From: Jimgerdemannia flammicorona
Taxonomy: Eukaryota
Direction: 5' to 3'
Length of the DNA: 41,205 nucleotides
Assembly (NCBI GenBank): GCA_003990765.1
Contig: RBNJ01000111.1
Span: forward strand, 1 to 41,205
Part shown: positions 24,584 through 37,300 of the stretch, one piece after another
Position numbering within the stretch: the stretch's first letter is position 1
Layout of the letters: each line of letters begins with the position of its first letter
The notes under the pieces: generated by a model
Database searches by the model: none
What the model was told of the DNA's origin: nothing
What the model saw: the letters and a program-made list of their open reading frames with translations, nothing else
Made by a program: the position numbers and the translations under genes

Positions 24584-26450
24584 ATGGCTAGTCAAGATTC
24601 TTCTAGCTCTGAGCATCTGGAGAGGAGGAGGCCTGGTCTGGGCATTCCCAAGAGTTTTGTGGCTGCTGCAGGGACTGGAGTAGATGCAGGAGGGGCTGGG
24701 GGACAGAGGAGGACTGGTGGGATCGAGACCTGGCATATGGTGGTAGGGAATAGGAGGGCTGCCACTAGGCCCATGGGGGTGAGACAGGGGGGGCGTAGTG
24801 TTGACAGGGGGAGGGGTCAGGTGACGAGTCAGGTGACAGGTCAGGTGGCTGGCAGGGGACAGGGGTCTGGTGGTGTGATGCGGGGACTGGTTCTTCTGTG
24901 GCTGGGTAGGTGGCTGGGGAGAGGACTGCTGGTAGCACAGCTATACCTGGAGGGACAACCATGGGTGTATCAGGGGCTAAAGGAAAGGTGACTCTGGTGG
25001 CTGGGACTGGCGAGCTGATAGTGAGGCCTTTCTTCTATAAATCAGTGTTGACATGGGCAATCTCAGTGAACTTCCTGGGATTGGCAATGTCAGCAAGGGA
25101 GGTTCTGAGGATGGTGGGAGAGGAAGTGGCTGGGGTGGAGTCTCTGAAGTTCATCCCTTCAGCAGAGGCGGTGGAGATTGGCTTTGTGGAGGAGGATGCA
25201 ATGGTGAAGGCATTGGAGAAAGGGATGACTGTCAAGGGTGTTAAGATTGGGATGGCGAGGTGTCTGAGGTGGGATCCACATGCGGTTCGGCTGGTGGTGG
25301 AAGGATTGCCAACCCTGGGCAGACAGGAGACCAAAGAGATGGTGGTTGAGGCACTGGGTGGATATGGCAAGATGGTGGACTTCAGGTTCATGTTCTGGGA
25401 GGGTACCAAGTTGAGGAATGGCAACTGCGAGGTGATGCTGCAGCTGGAAGGCAAAGAGGCGACGGGGCTGGGCCACGATTGGCCTGAAGGGATCCGGATT
25501 GGAGGGCAAGAGTGCAAGGTCTGGAGGAGGAAGAGAGTGGAACAGGAGGAGGAAGAGTTGGCAATTGCTCTGGAGGAGCAGGAGGCTGCCAAGGAACTGC
25601 AGAAGAGGAAGTGGGAGGAGTATGCCAAGGATTGGGTCTGGATTCAAGTAGATGGCAAGCAGAAGAGGTGGAGGAAAGGGAATTGGGAGCATCTGCAGGC
25701 AGCCCTCCAAGGGGTGGCAGTGGAAGAGGAGGCAAGAGCAGAGGCCGCCAAGAATCAGATGGAAGGAGTGGAGGCAGCAGAGGTTTCCATCTCCCAGCTG
25801 GGTGGTGTGGAGGACTCAGCACATGCGCCGGTGAGAGGAAAGTGGGTGGATAAGGAGGAGGTTGATGAGGGAGGCTTTGAGGTGGATGACAAAGTGGTGC
25901 CGGAGACTCAGGTGGAGGACACCCATATGGCCGGGGCAGCGAATGTCCATTGGGAGTGCCCAGAAGTGGGTAAAGTAATTTATTTAGAGAAGGTTGTAGA
26001 GGAGGATGAGCTGGTGGATGTGGCTTCTAATGTGTCGGCTGATAGGGAGCAACTGCAAGAGCTGAGCAGGACCCCCAGGCCCTTGACCCCTGGGCCCCTG
26101 GTGATGACAGCGAAGAGCTGGTACCAGGCGGTGCTTGAGGAGCTGGCAGAGGAAGACATCAAGGAAGTGGATGTGTTTCATGGATCTCAGGAGGTATGGG
26201 AAGGATTTCTCAATGTAGCAATGTAAGGGCCTAAGCTGGTGATGGTGATGGTGGCCACCCTTCTGGATGATGAAGGATATGATGTAGATGAGAGCAGAAT
26301 GGCCAACATCAGAAAGGTGACAACTGAAAGAGTGGACCTTTTCTACAGCAGTGCAAATGGTGACCAAATCTGGAGGGCAATTTGCGAGGACCAGTGAGAG
26401 ATTGTCTGTGGAAGAGCTGAGAAGGTGGTGGCAGTTCCAGCTGAGCTTTA
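24584..26450 (+). pseudogene. LINE-D ORF1 (Gly-rich N-terminus, RRM-like core, acidic/coiled C-terminal half); one frameshift and late stops
   Basis: The MASQDSSSSEHL frame shifts into the 24910-26226 frame. The core AVRLVVEGLP..VVEALGGYGKMVDFRF..RNGNCEVMLQL..PEGIRIGGQECKV resembles L1/Tx1 ORF1 RRM regions. The end point is approximate. Confidence 0.75.
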
Positions 26451-26463
26451 AACAAATTCCTTT

Positions 26464-29400
26464 ATGATGAAGAACAATCTACGTATTTTGTCAATCAATG
26501 TCAATGGATTGTGGGACAGTGTTAAACGATGGCGACTGTTCAGATGGCTTAAAGTTAGAAGGTATGATGTGGTGTTTCTTCAGGATACTCGGACTTATGG
26601 CAAGTCAGATTATGAGATATGGAGTAAAGAATAGTATAGTGGAGCTGGCTGGAATAAGCAGATAGGCATTTTGATTGGTGTGGGCAAAGGCAAGTTGGTG
26701 GAGGTTGAGATCTATGGTGACAGACTGATTTGGGGAAGGATTACAGAAGGGGCAGGTGATGGGTTGACAGTTGGCTCAGTTTACCTCCCTGCGGTTGGCA
26801 GAGAGTGAAAGCAATGGGTTGAAAGATGGCAGGCATGAGATGGGCGGGAGGAGGTTGCTTTGGACATTTTGGGGGGGGACTTCAATATGGTGCATGATCG
26901 AACACTAGATAGGTCTGATGGTGGGGCAGGAGTCATGGTTTCCTCTGGACTTTCGCAATGGCTTCAGGTGGAGCACGACATGGGCTTGGTAGATGGTGTT
27001 CATCAACATCAGGGGGATAAGCTAGGATCTTTCACTCAGTGGCATCCAGTTGGAACAACATTGGTTGGGACACGAATTGATTGGGTGCTAGTGGCGGAGT
27101 GCTGGGGCAATGTACTAGATACTATCGAGGTGTGCTGGTGTCCGTGGTCTGATCATTGGGGTGTGGAGGTTTGTGGTAGATTTCAAGCAGCGGGCAGTGG
27201 TGGAGGGCGCTGATGCCTCAATATGGCCCTACTCAAGAGGAAGACAGAGAGGGATAATTTTGTGGCAGTGGTGAGACAGGAAGTTGGGCGATGGCGCAAT
27301 GAAGGACAGTTGATAGCAGAATGGTGGGGTAAATTCAAACATCTGGCTGGGGCTTACTGGCGAGATGTCAGAGAAGTAGCTGGGAAGGAACAGAAGGATA
27401 AGGAGAGAAGGGTAGAGAAGGGGCTATGATAGTGGTTGAAGCTTTTGGAAGTGGGGGACCTATCTGGAGAGGTGTGCCGCTGATTGGTATTAGAGGTGGC
27501 AGAGCTACAGGTGGATTTAAGGGTGTCTGAGACCAGGGTGGTAGATGGCCTGCTAGCCAGGCTGCGGTCCAGGCGGCTAGAGGAAGGAGAGAGACCAACA
27601 AGATATCTGTCTGGAGTTTTGAAGGCTAGGAGGGTGCAACACAGTTGGGCCTCAGTTTTGCGAGAAGATGGAGTGGAGGTCTCAGAGATTGCAGACATGT
27701 TAGGGGAGGTGTCTGGTCAATGGCAAGCTCTTTGGCAGGATGGCGGGGAGCATGCTGAGGATATAGGGTTTGGAGAGGATGACAACAATATGGTGACCAA
27801 TTGGCCAGTGACTGCGATACCTGGGATAGGTGAGGCAGTCATGGGAGAGGTATCTCTAGATGAAGTATTGGAAGTGCTGAGGAAGACACAGACTGGTTCA
27901 TCTCCGGGAGAGGATGGGCTGCCCTGGGAATTCTGGAAGGAGTTTAAGTCAGAGTTTGGTGACTGGTTGGTGGAGATGGCCAATGCAGTTCTGAAGGAGG
28001 GCAGCTGGATTGGAAATGGTTTCTTGGGGCTAGTCTCTCTTCTATACAAGAAAAAGGGTGATCGACGGGTGTGACGTAACTGGTGATCTATCATGCTGCT
28101 GAATGTAGATAGAAAGCTAGTTTCAAAGATTCTGGCAGAGAGGATGCAGCAGTATATTGGTATGCTAGTTGGAGAAGAGCAGTGAGGCTTTGTCAAGGGG
28201 AGGCAGATTAGAGATAGTACTGCTTGGGTGCAGAATGTCTTAGAGGGCTGTAGGAGCCAGCAGGTAGATGGCCAGATGGTCTTTCTGGATCAAGAGAAGG
28301 CCTATGACAGAGTGCGGTAGAGTTATTTGGAGGCGGTTCTGAGGAGGGTAGGGTTTAGTGTAGTAGAGGCAGGGTGACTGATGGGTCTGGTAAGGGGATG
28401 CCGAGCAGCGGTAATGATGAATAGATGGTGTGGACCGGAGTTTGCCTTGGGGCGAGGGGTACCACAAGGGGATCCCTTCTCTCCTCTTCTTTATGTACTT
28501 TCTCTGGAGCCTCTGCTGGTATGGCTGAAGGGGCGGCTCTCTGGTCTGCAGATGGGAGATGTGCTCTGGTAGTTGGGTGCCTTTGCAGATGACATGGTGG
28601 TAGGGTTGGGTAGCTGGGAGGATGCCGAAGTCCTACAGGAAGGGGTCAGACAGTATGAGAGGCTGGCAGGAGCAAAGTTGAACTGGGGCAAGTGTGAGAC
28701 TATGGAACTTGGTGCTGGCCTGGGGGGATATGGACAATTTGGACAATTGGTAGCTACAGGGAGTGCTGTTCATTATTTGAGTATCTGGTTTTCAGTATAT
28801 GGGACGGTCCTATCAAGGGAGTGGTGGTGTGGATTGGTTCAGAAGCTGGAAGGTGTGCTGACAGGATGGTCAGGAAGGAGCTTCTCATTGGTTGGCAGGA
28901 TTGTGGTCTTGAATGTGTATTGGCTGCCCAAGCTGTGGTATCTGGGTTATCATCTAGATTTTCCAGGGTGGGTGGTGCAGTGGCTGAAGAAGATTGTAGA
29001 AGGGTGGTTATGGCGGGAGAGGCGCCTACAGATTGAGTGGGAGACTTTGGTGATGAGGGTTTCTGATGGAGGCCTGGGGCTGGTGGATTTCAAGTGGCGA
29101 CTGAAGATACTTCGGGGCTGGTGGGGGTGCCGACTGAAGGAACTAGGTGAGGAAGGTTGGGGCAGGCTGGCTATGGACAATTGGGAGGTCAGGTTCTGCC
29201 CTCGTGGTGAGGTTTGGAAGGATATGCGGGGTTTGCTGCAGGTTGGAAATGTAGGTAGACTGCAGTTTAAGGGGTTCTGGTGGGGCATTGTAGAGGCCTG
29301 GCTGGCCATGGGGTTGACAGGCCCAGAGATAGAGGTAGACAAGAACCCTGAGCAGCAATGGTGGTGGCTGGGAGACCTTCACGTAGGTGGCCACAGTCTG

Positions 29401-30086
29401 AAGGAGTACTCTCTGATTGAGGCAATGGAGTGGATCAGGTCTGGCCTACTGGAGAGATGGCCGCCTGGTTGGCAGAGAGCTGGTATTGGTGAAGACTGGG
29501 AGTGGGGTCGAATTTGGAATTGGGGAGACTCCATACGCAAGATGGTACCACCCAAGTATTGGGTGGTTTGGTGGCAATTCCTGAGACATAATGTGATGCT
29601 GAGCTACAGGACAGGCTGGATGGAGATTGATGGCTGTCGGGACTGTGAGTGGTGTAATGAGGTGGATGGCGGGGTTGTGCAGATGCCTGAACATGTCCTG
29701 GGGGCATGGAAGGGTTTTGGCAGAGTTTGGAGGAGTACTGGGACCTGGCAGGGCATAGGGCAGAGTATCCAATCAGTCTGGTGGTCAAGCACCGACTGGT
29801 AGGGGAGATTGGTGACATATGGGGGGGCCTTGGTCGAGTATTGGGGGTCTGGGTCTTGATGGCAGTTCATTGGTGGTAGGTTTTCGAACAGGACCCATGG
29901 ATGGGGATTGGAGAAATAGTGGAGCGGTGGAGGTGGCTTCTCCAGGAGGTGGTTCAGGAGTGGTGGTATCAGGGGAAGCAACTTTGACCTGGGGCCCTAA
30001 AGAAGGTACAGGACATTGTCCAGCAGAGCCAAGGGTACCTAGTGTTAGATGATCGTGGGGTAAGATGGAAGGCAGGAGTTGGCTGA
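26464..30086 (+). pseudogene. LINE-D ORF2 (APE endonuclease, RT, Cys/His finger); single frame to ~29700 with scattered stops, then a frameshift
   Basis: Motifs in order: LRILSINVNGL, FLQDT, GGDFN, TRIDW, WSDHW, SPGEDGLPWEFW, DQEKAYDRV, RGVPQGDPFSPLLY, GAFADD, KLNWGKC, GGLGLVD, CRDCEWC..PEHVLG. Confidence 0.93.
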
Positions 30087-31455
30087 AGTATGCTACTTAC
30101 ATATGTATATTATATGGTGTTAGTAGTGTATTGGGGTTCATGGTTATTGTATTAGATAGTTCATAATAAAGGAGTCCATGTGACTATAAAAAAAAAAAAG
30201 AGACTGATGAAGATGGCCAGATCATAGATCTGGATAGGACAGCAGAGCCAGATTAGCTGGGAGATGTTGATATTACCAGTAGACTGAGGTGGGCTGGGCC
30301 TGGTGGACTTCACCAAGTACCTATATTGTTTGAGGGTATGGTGGCTGAAGCAAGTGAGTAAATTGTGGGGTCAAGAGTAAGTATCCCTTATGTAGAGAGT
30401 GTGGAAGGCTCAGTGTTCTCCCTGAGATATGACTGGTGATCTGCTCTCTTTAGTGACCCTCAATAAGAGTAAGAAGATATACTATAAAGGATTCTGGTAG
30501 GGAGTAGTAGATAGGGTCTACTGCATTAGTCTCAGATGGAGAAATGATAAGGAAGAAGAGGAATAGAGACCACAGATGTGGAGATGGAACTGTCTACTAT
30601 TAGGAGGTATGCCAGTGGAAGACTTTCAGTTAAAAGATAGCATAAAATGTCTCCAGAAGCATGGGAGGGATTTGTGGCCAGAGGTCTGGCAAGGGGTAGA
30701 GATTGGTGAAGGGTGAGACTGAAATGGTGTCTGGCCTTAGTACACAGATGGTAAGATAGCTCCCCTCTAAGTTCTGGGTAGTATAGTGGTGGGTACTGAG
30801 GCACAACATCATACTGAATTACCAATCAGGATACTTGATAGAAGGGGGGAATTTAGAGTGTGAGGAGTATATAGATATTGGGCAGATGGGGGATATAGTA
30901 CAGACTCTTGAGCATTGGCTAGAGGAGTGTGAGGTTCTGGGAGATTTCTGGAGGGTCATTGAGGACCAGCTAGAGTTGTAATCTTTAGGGGAGGGGAAGG
31001 GTGAGAGGTGGGGGGATCTCTGGCAAAGGCTGGTGAGAGGAGTTGGGAATGAGTGATTAATATTGGGGTGGACACTGGCTATTTGGATTGGGCTTGCCAG
31101 ACATTGGCTCTATGTATTTGAGAATGGTTAATGCATAGTGATTGGAGTGTAGGTTGTATATTAGGAGTGATTACTACTGGACATCCTGAACAGTTGGTAG
31201 AGGGGGTGGAGACCTGGAGGGAGAATCCATAAGTAGCTTGTAGAGTGTATTTGTGAGAAAAGTAGGGAGAGGGTTGGGGTCACTGGGGAGTTGGTAACTC
31301 TCTAGAGAGATGGGGAGAGTGGAGAGGAGGGGAGTTAGTATGAGATTGGGTGAAGGGTATGTCTGTGCCTTTGTATTAATATAATATAGATTAAATAGTA
31401 ATTGGTAATAAAGTGAAGTCCAAGTAACTATAAAAAAAAAATAAAAAAAAAAAAA

Positions 31456-31881
31456 GTTAACAAGATGCTTGCAGGGGGACCCCAGGGTGATGCAACTCTT
31501 AGTAAAGAGAGTATCTATAATAATAACTGCTGAGATAAGACAGAGGGTGGAGGAGGTGATAGTAGAATATAGAGATATAATAGATATTAGCTTTCAAGTC
31601 TGGGAGAGAATAATGTTCAGAACTGGGGATGTGAATATCTAGCTTTGACTTGTAGAGAAGGAGGCTATGGGAAAGGCTAGAGACTAGTCATCAGTATTAA
31701 TGTAAGATGAATTTATCTGTAAGGTGACAAGGGTGAAGGAGAGTGAGATAGAGGAGAAGGATCTGCTAGAAGTACTAGAGTACTTGAGTAGGGCAGTAGA
31801 ATATTGAGCAGTAGTATGGAGAGAATATGTGGTAAGAGAAATGAGAGATCAGTAGCTCTATAATGATGGAATACTGGAGGT
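31456..31881 (+). mobile_element. LINE-B ORF1 continuation after LINE-C
   Basis: Collinear with LINE-A ~4285-4672, picking up where 10387 stopped. Confidence 0.8.
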
Positions 31882-34308
31882 ATTGAGTTTGATGTCATTA
31901 CTGATCATCAATCCCTCAAGTACATCTATACCCAATCTATTCTGTCATGTTTATAAGCCAAGTGGAGCCTCAAACTTCAAACCTTCAACCCAATGATCAT
32001 CTATAAGCCTGGCAAGACACTTGTAGTACCAGATATCTTATCAAGACACCCAGATCTTGCCACAATCATACAAGTCACCTTAGCATCAGAATTCCTAGAC
32101 CAAATCAGGCAAGCTTACAAAGAAGATATAGTTGCTACTAGAGTTTTCTCGAATGAACTCAAGGATACATATACTGTTGAGAACAACCTGATCTATCATC
32201 AAGATCAAGTCTACCTATCTGAAAACATGAACCTATGCTATAAGGTTTTGTAAGAACACTATGACTTCCCTCTTGCTGATTACTTGGGAATTGAGAAGAC
32301 TGTCAAGAACATCCAATGCTACTACTATTGACCAAACATAGTCAAGGAAATCAAGAACTATGTTGCCAGCTGTGATCTATGTCAGCACAACAAATCTACC
32401 AACAAAGCACCTATCAGTTTGCTACAACTACTGCCAATTCCTACCAAGAAGTTTGAGTAAGTCACCATAGACTTTGTAACTCAACTATCACAAACTCAAT
32501 CTGGTGCTGATACTATCATCATATTCATTGACCACCTGACCAAGACTATGGTTGTTGAACCAACTACTACCAATGCTACTGTATCTGAGATTGTAAAAAT
32601 CTTCTTCAAGTTTATCTTCTGTCACTATAGTCTACCATGAGTAATTGTTAGCAATTGTAACCCCAAGTTCACCAGTCACTTCTGATAAACCCTCTTTAAG
32701 ACTCTGAGAACCCAATTGGCTATATCTACTATCTTTTACCCACAAACTGATGGACAAACTGAGTACATGAACAGAACTCTAGAATAAATACTTAGAAACC
32801 ATGTTTCTTACAAGTAAGATAATTAGAATATCTACCTGACTTATACAGAGTTTGCATACAACAATACTGTCCAATCATCTACTAGTCTTTTCCCTTTCTA
32901 GTTACTCTATGGTCAAGATCCTAAGACCTCTGTAAGTCTATTCCCTTTTAAGAAAACTAGTCAAATACAAGTTCTAACTACCAAGAACCTTACAGAAAAA
33001 ATAGATGAACTACTCAAGATTGCTACTGTGAATCTTCAGAAGGCTCAACAGTATCAAGCCAAGTATGCTGACAAGAATTACTGTAATGTCACTTACACTG
33101 TTGGAGATTAAGTCCTACTATCTATTGAGAACCTCAAGATATAATCTCAAGTCAACCACCTTTCAAATAAGTTCCAACTCAAGTATATTGGACCTTTTGA
33201 GATCACTAAACAGGTCTCTGCATCCTCCTACCATCTCAAGCTACCTGAAACTATGAGAGTACACCTAGTCTTTTATGTGTCATACCTCAAGACCTGGAAC
33301 CAGTCACCACTCTACTCTGGTCAAATTTCTAAGCCTTCCACTCCTGTGATTATCAAAGACCATATTGAGTATAAAGCTAAGAAAATCCTTAACAAATTAA
33401 TCTGCTACTACCATCCTAAATACCTAGTCAAGTGGATGGGTTATCCTGAATATGATACTACCTGGGAATCACTGGTCAACCTCAAGAACTCTCAAGATCT
33501 AGTTCAAGACTTTAAGGTAAAATGCATTGCCCAATCTCTGTAGTAACTTCCTTGGATTATCAATGATCTATGGCAATAACTAGTACCTTATGCATCAGAA
33601 GTTTACTTTGAGACCCTGGAACCAGCAGAACATTTAATAAACAAGAAGTCTACTGAAATGAAGCTACTAGCTGAATTTGAATCTCTCCCAGTTAGTTAGT
33701 CTGGTAATAGACCCTCTGCCCTATATGAGGATGGCCAATCCCTGCCAATGTACTGATATAAGTTTGAGAAATTTTGGTTAAGTATATCTAGTCTTATATT
33801 ACCTAAGAACTTAACAAGAATATTAGTTCTTAAGGAGAGAGAGATATAACAATTTCACAGTCATATTTAGTCTTAGTACATTTTTGTATCTTTTAGTTAG
33901 TCTTTTCTTATCATTTCTTAAATATTCTACTATGTTCTATCACCTTCTACTTGCTTAGAAACCTTTTCTTGGCACCCAGACACCACTAGAACATTCTTGT
34001 CTTTCCTTGGTACCAAGCATCTTATCTTAGCTAATCATGGAATCTTTCAGAATATTGTAGAATAGTATTAGTCAACTTTGCTGAGAACCTATTTCTTAGA
34101 ATTTCTCTTTCTTTCCAAGATCCTTCTGGATCTTTCTTTCAGATCATATATAAATATTCTTGTTCTCTGCTTAAATAAAGATAAGAATATTTTCTCCCAG
34201 AAATCCTTCAAGAACACTTGAACTTTTAAGTATCTCTTTAAGCTACTTTAGGCCAACCAGAACTTCCAGATTTAGCTGCTTCCTCTTAAAGAAACTAGAA
34301 CCCTTACA
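31882..34308 (+). mobile_element. Gypsy-2: 5'-truncated chromovirus (RNase H end, integrase, chromodomain, PPT, 3' LTR)
   Basis: Motifs: FDVITDHQSLKY, IIYKPGKTLVVPDILSR, YVASCDLCQHNK, YPQTDGQTE, KYIGPFEI and chromodomain YLVKWMGYPEYDTTWESLVNL. PPT AAGGAGAGAGAGA at 33832-33844. Confidence 0.92.
33845..34308 (+). repeat. Gypsy-2 3' LTR (~464 bp, single copy in window)
   Basis: Starts TATAAC (ex-TGTAAC) right after the PPT and ends CCTTACA. LINE sequence resumes at 34309. Confidence 0.75.
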
Positions 34309-37300
34309 TTGAAGATAGAAATCCTTATATGTAGTTTATCTGGAGGAGAAAGGGTATGAGGTAGATAAGGAGCAGGAGGCAGAGCTGGTAGGTATTGCTG
34401 GTGAGAGGGCCATCTATTGCTAGACCAAGCAGCATAGATTGTAGCTCTGGCAGGAGGCCTGTATGGAGTACCAGGAGAAGTTTGAAGAAAAGACAGATGG
34501 GGAGATAAATGAGCTGTTGGCTGAATTGGAGGCTAAGAGGACTGAAAAGGAGGAGGTTCTGTAGAACATAATCTGGATATGGTGCAGGAAGAGATAAATA
34601 TGGAGCAGTAGAGGATGGACTTGATAATATACCATATTTCCTTATAAATAGTACAACCAATATTTTTTCTTTGAATATGAATAGGTTGTGGGGCTCTTCT
34701 CAATATAGGAATATTTTTACTTAGCTGAAGAGATTAGAGGCTGATCTCTTCCTCTTGCAGGATGTCAGGTATATGGATGATTTGGATAGGCTGGAATAGA
34801 TGAAGAAATGGGGAGATGAGGCAGTTTGGAAGGGCAAGGTTGAGATTCTGGTCCAGAGAGGCAGGGGAGAGATATATGATGTGAGAAGCTAAGGAGATAG
34901 ATTGGTCTGGGGAGAATAGATATATATAGGTTGGGAGCCAGCTACAGTGGGCTCCTATTACTGCTCTGCTATACAGGGTGAGCATGTGGATTAGATGAAG
35001 GGTCTCTAGGAGAGTGGGGTCCTTGTGGAGGCTGGAGTAGATGTACTTGGTGGAGACTTCAATATGGTCCAGGATGTGCTGGTGGATAGAACTAATGGAA
35101 GATGGAGTGCTGAGAGTAGGAGTGGAGGGCTGGCAGTATAAGAGGAAGTGGAAAGGCTGAGTGCTCTGGTAGATGCTGGCAGGGAGTGTTGAGGGGATAG
35201 GAGGGTATACATGCATTGGGCAGGGGGCCTGGAGACAAGGATTAACTAGATCTTGATAGCAAGCTGCTAGGGTTTGGATGTTTAGAAGTTGCTGGAGATA
35301 GAGTGGTGTCTATGATTAGATCATTGGGGGCTGTTAGGATAGGGACATTTTGGGGGGAGTAGGGATGGGCCTGGACATTGGCACCTCAATTCCTCTTTAT
35401 TAGATGATAGAGTATAGTAGAATAAGTGGGCTGAGGACATTCAACTGAGGGTGGAGGGCTGGAGACAGAAAGGTGCCCCAGTTGGTGTCCAGTGGATGAG
35501 GATGAAAGAGATGGCCAGGGTCTACTGGAGTGAGGCTGACAAGAAGGCTGGGAAACAGAGGAGACAATGGGTGAGATGGACTTCTGTTAGACTGGCTAGA
35601 CTCTTGAAAGATTGGGCAGGGCTAGTGATATTGGAGGAGGGAGAGGATTGGAGATTAATGTAAGCAAAAATAGAGGTTAGAGAATTACAACAGGTGTTAT
35701 GAGAAGAGGAAGAGACAAGAGTACAGAGCTTGGTGGCATAGCTTCATTGGTAGGATTTGGAGAAAGGGAAAAGGCCCTCAAAGTATCTCACAAGGGCCCT
35801 TCAGATGAGAAGGGTGAAGCAATGGTAGGAGGGGATACTAGACTCTGATGGTATATTGGTGCATAATATATAAGATATTCTTGAATTGTTAAAGGAGTGA
35901 TAGAGTAGATTATGGAATGAAGAGAAGGGTGGGGCTGATGCTGCTGCCATTGACTGGATATTGGAGAATTGGTACCCCCCATAGATGGAAGGGCTGGGTA
36001 ACTTGGTATTACCAGTACAAGAGGAGGAGATTCATCAGGTTCTTGCTACAACAATGTCAGATATAGCACCTGAGGAGGATGGTCTGCTCTGGGACTTCTG
36101 GAAGAAGATGGTGAGAGTCCCAGGGGTACTGAGTGAGATGACAGCATTGTGTGATTTTATACTACAGTCAGAGAGATGGGTGGGAGAGCAGGATCTGAGA
36201 CTGGTGATATTACTTTACAAGAACAAAGGAAGGAGAAAGAACTGGAAGAACTGGTGACTGATTATGCTGCTGGACATAGACAGAAAGTTGGTGACTAAGA
36301 TAGTGGTTATGAGACTATAGAAGGTGGCCTAGCAAGTCTTGGGTGTTGAACAGAGGGGCTTTGTAGGAAGCTGGCTCATTAGAGATAGCACAGCCTGGGT
36401 CTATAGAGCTATTAAAGAGGTATGAGCTTATGGATTAGATGGGTGACTGATCTTCCTGGACTAGGAGAAGGCTTATGACCAGGTGAGGTAAGTCTGGCTG
36501 ATGAAAGTATTGAATAGGACTAGGGTACTGCACCAGTTCTGGTCAGCAATGATCAGTTTACTAGAAGGGAGTCAGGCTGCACTTATATGTAATAGACATA
36601 GAGGGGTGTCATTTCCCCTGGGTAGGGGTGTGCCCCAGGGGGACCCACTGTCCCCCATTCTATATACCTTTTCTCTGGAATCTTTAATGGATAGAATTTG
36701 ATAGAAGATAGTGGGACTCTCAGTCTTTGAAATTGGGTGGAAAGTCAATACCTTTGTGGATGATATAGTGGCCGGCCTGGGATCAATCACTGATGTTGAG
36801 GAGCTCAAGAAGACAGTAGAGTGGTATGAGGAGAACTCTAAGGCTAAACTCAATTGGCATAAGTGTGAAATAATGATATTAGGCAATATCCTGATAGGAG
36901 GAGATATCATTGGAACAATTGTCCTTACTGGAGAGATAGTATGGTACTTGAGTATCTATCTGTCAGTATATGGGTCAGTCCTACCAAGACTTTGGTGAAA
37001 GCAGAGAGTTATAATCTGGAGAGAGACCCTGCAGAGTTGGGGAGGTTACCACTTATCTCTAGTGGGGTGTGTCTTGATTTTGAATATCTATTGACTGCTA
37101 AAGTTATGGTATCTGGCTTATTATCTAGACTTCTTAGCCAGGATAGTGAAGAGACTATTGAAACTGACCAAGGGGTGGATCTGGGCTGAGAGAAGGAGTC
37201 AGATCAGTTGGGAGGTCTTATCCTTACTGGTAGCAAGAGGAGGACTTGGACTGATTGACTTTCTGAAGAGGCTGTACTGCTTGAGAGTATGGTGGTTAAA

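Larger units (their letters stand above)
24411..30197 (+). mobile_element. LINE-D: youngest, full-length L1/Tx1-like element inserted in LINE-C
   Basis: 5'UTR, ORF1 (ATG 24584), ORF2 (ATG 26464), AATAAA at 30165, poly(A), and a near-perfect TSD. It has the longest intact ORF segments (438 and 409 aa) and residual CpG. Confidence 0.96.
10388..31455 (+). mobile_element. LINE-C: full-length, heavily decayed L1/Tx1-like element carrying three nested insertions (MITE, gypsy-1, LINE-D)
   Basis: 5'UTR at ~10390-10470 is homologous to LINE-A/B. ORF2 starts at 12418 (ATA for ATG; NSITRIFSLNINGLR). RT GAFADNIVVG lies at ~23990. AATAAA at 31407 and poly(A) to 31455. Degenerate TSD TGGTAAGATACTT (10375-10387) versus TAACAAGATGCTT (31458-31470) differs only by transitions. 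Confidence 0.85.

Noticed and set aside
24816-24848. Short 12-bp tandem repeat (GGTCAGGTGAC-like x3) in LINE-D ORF1
   Set aside because: An ordinary slippage repeat in a low-complexity N-terminal region, with no sign of independent function.
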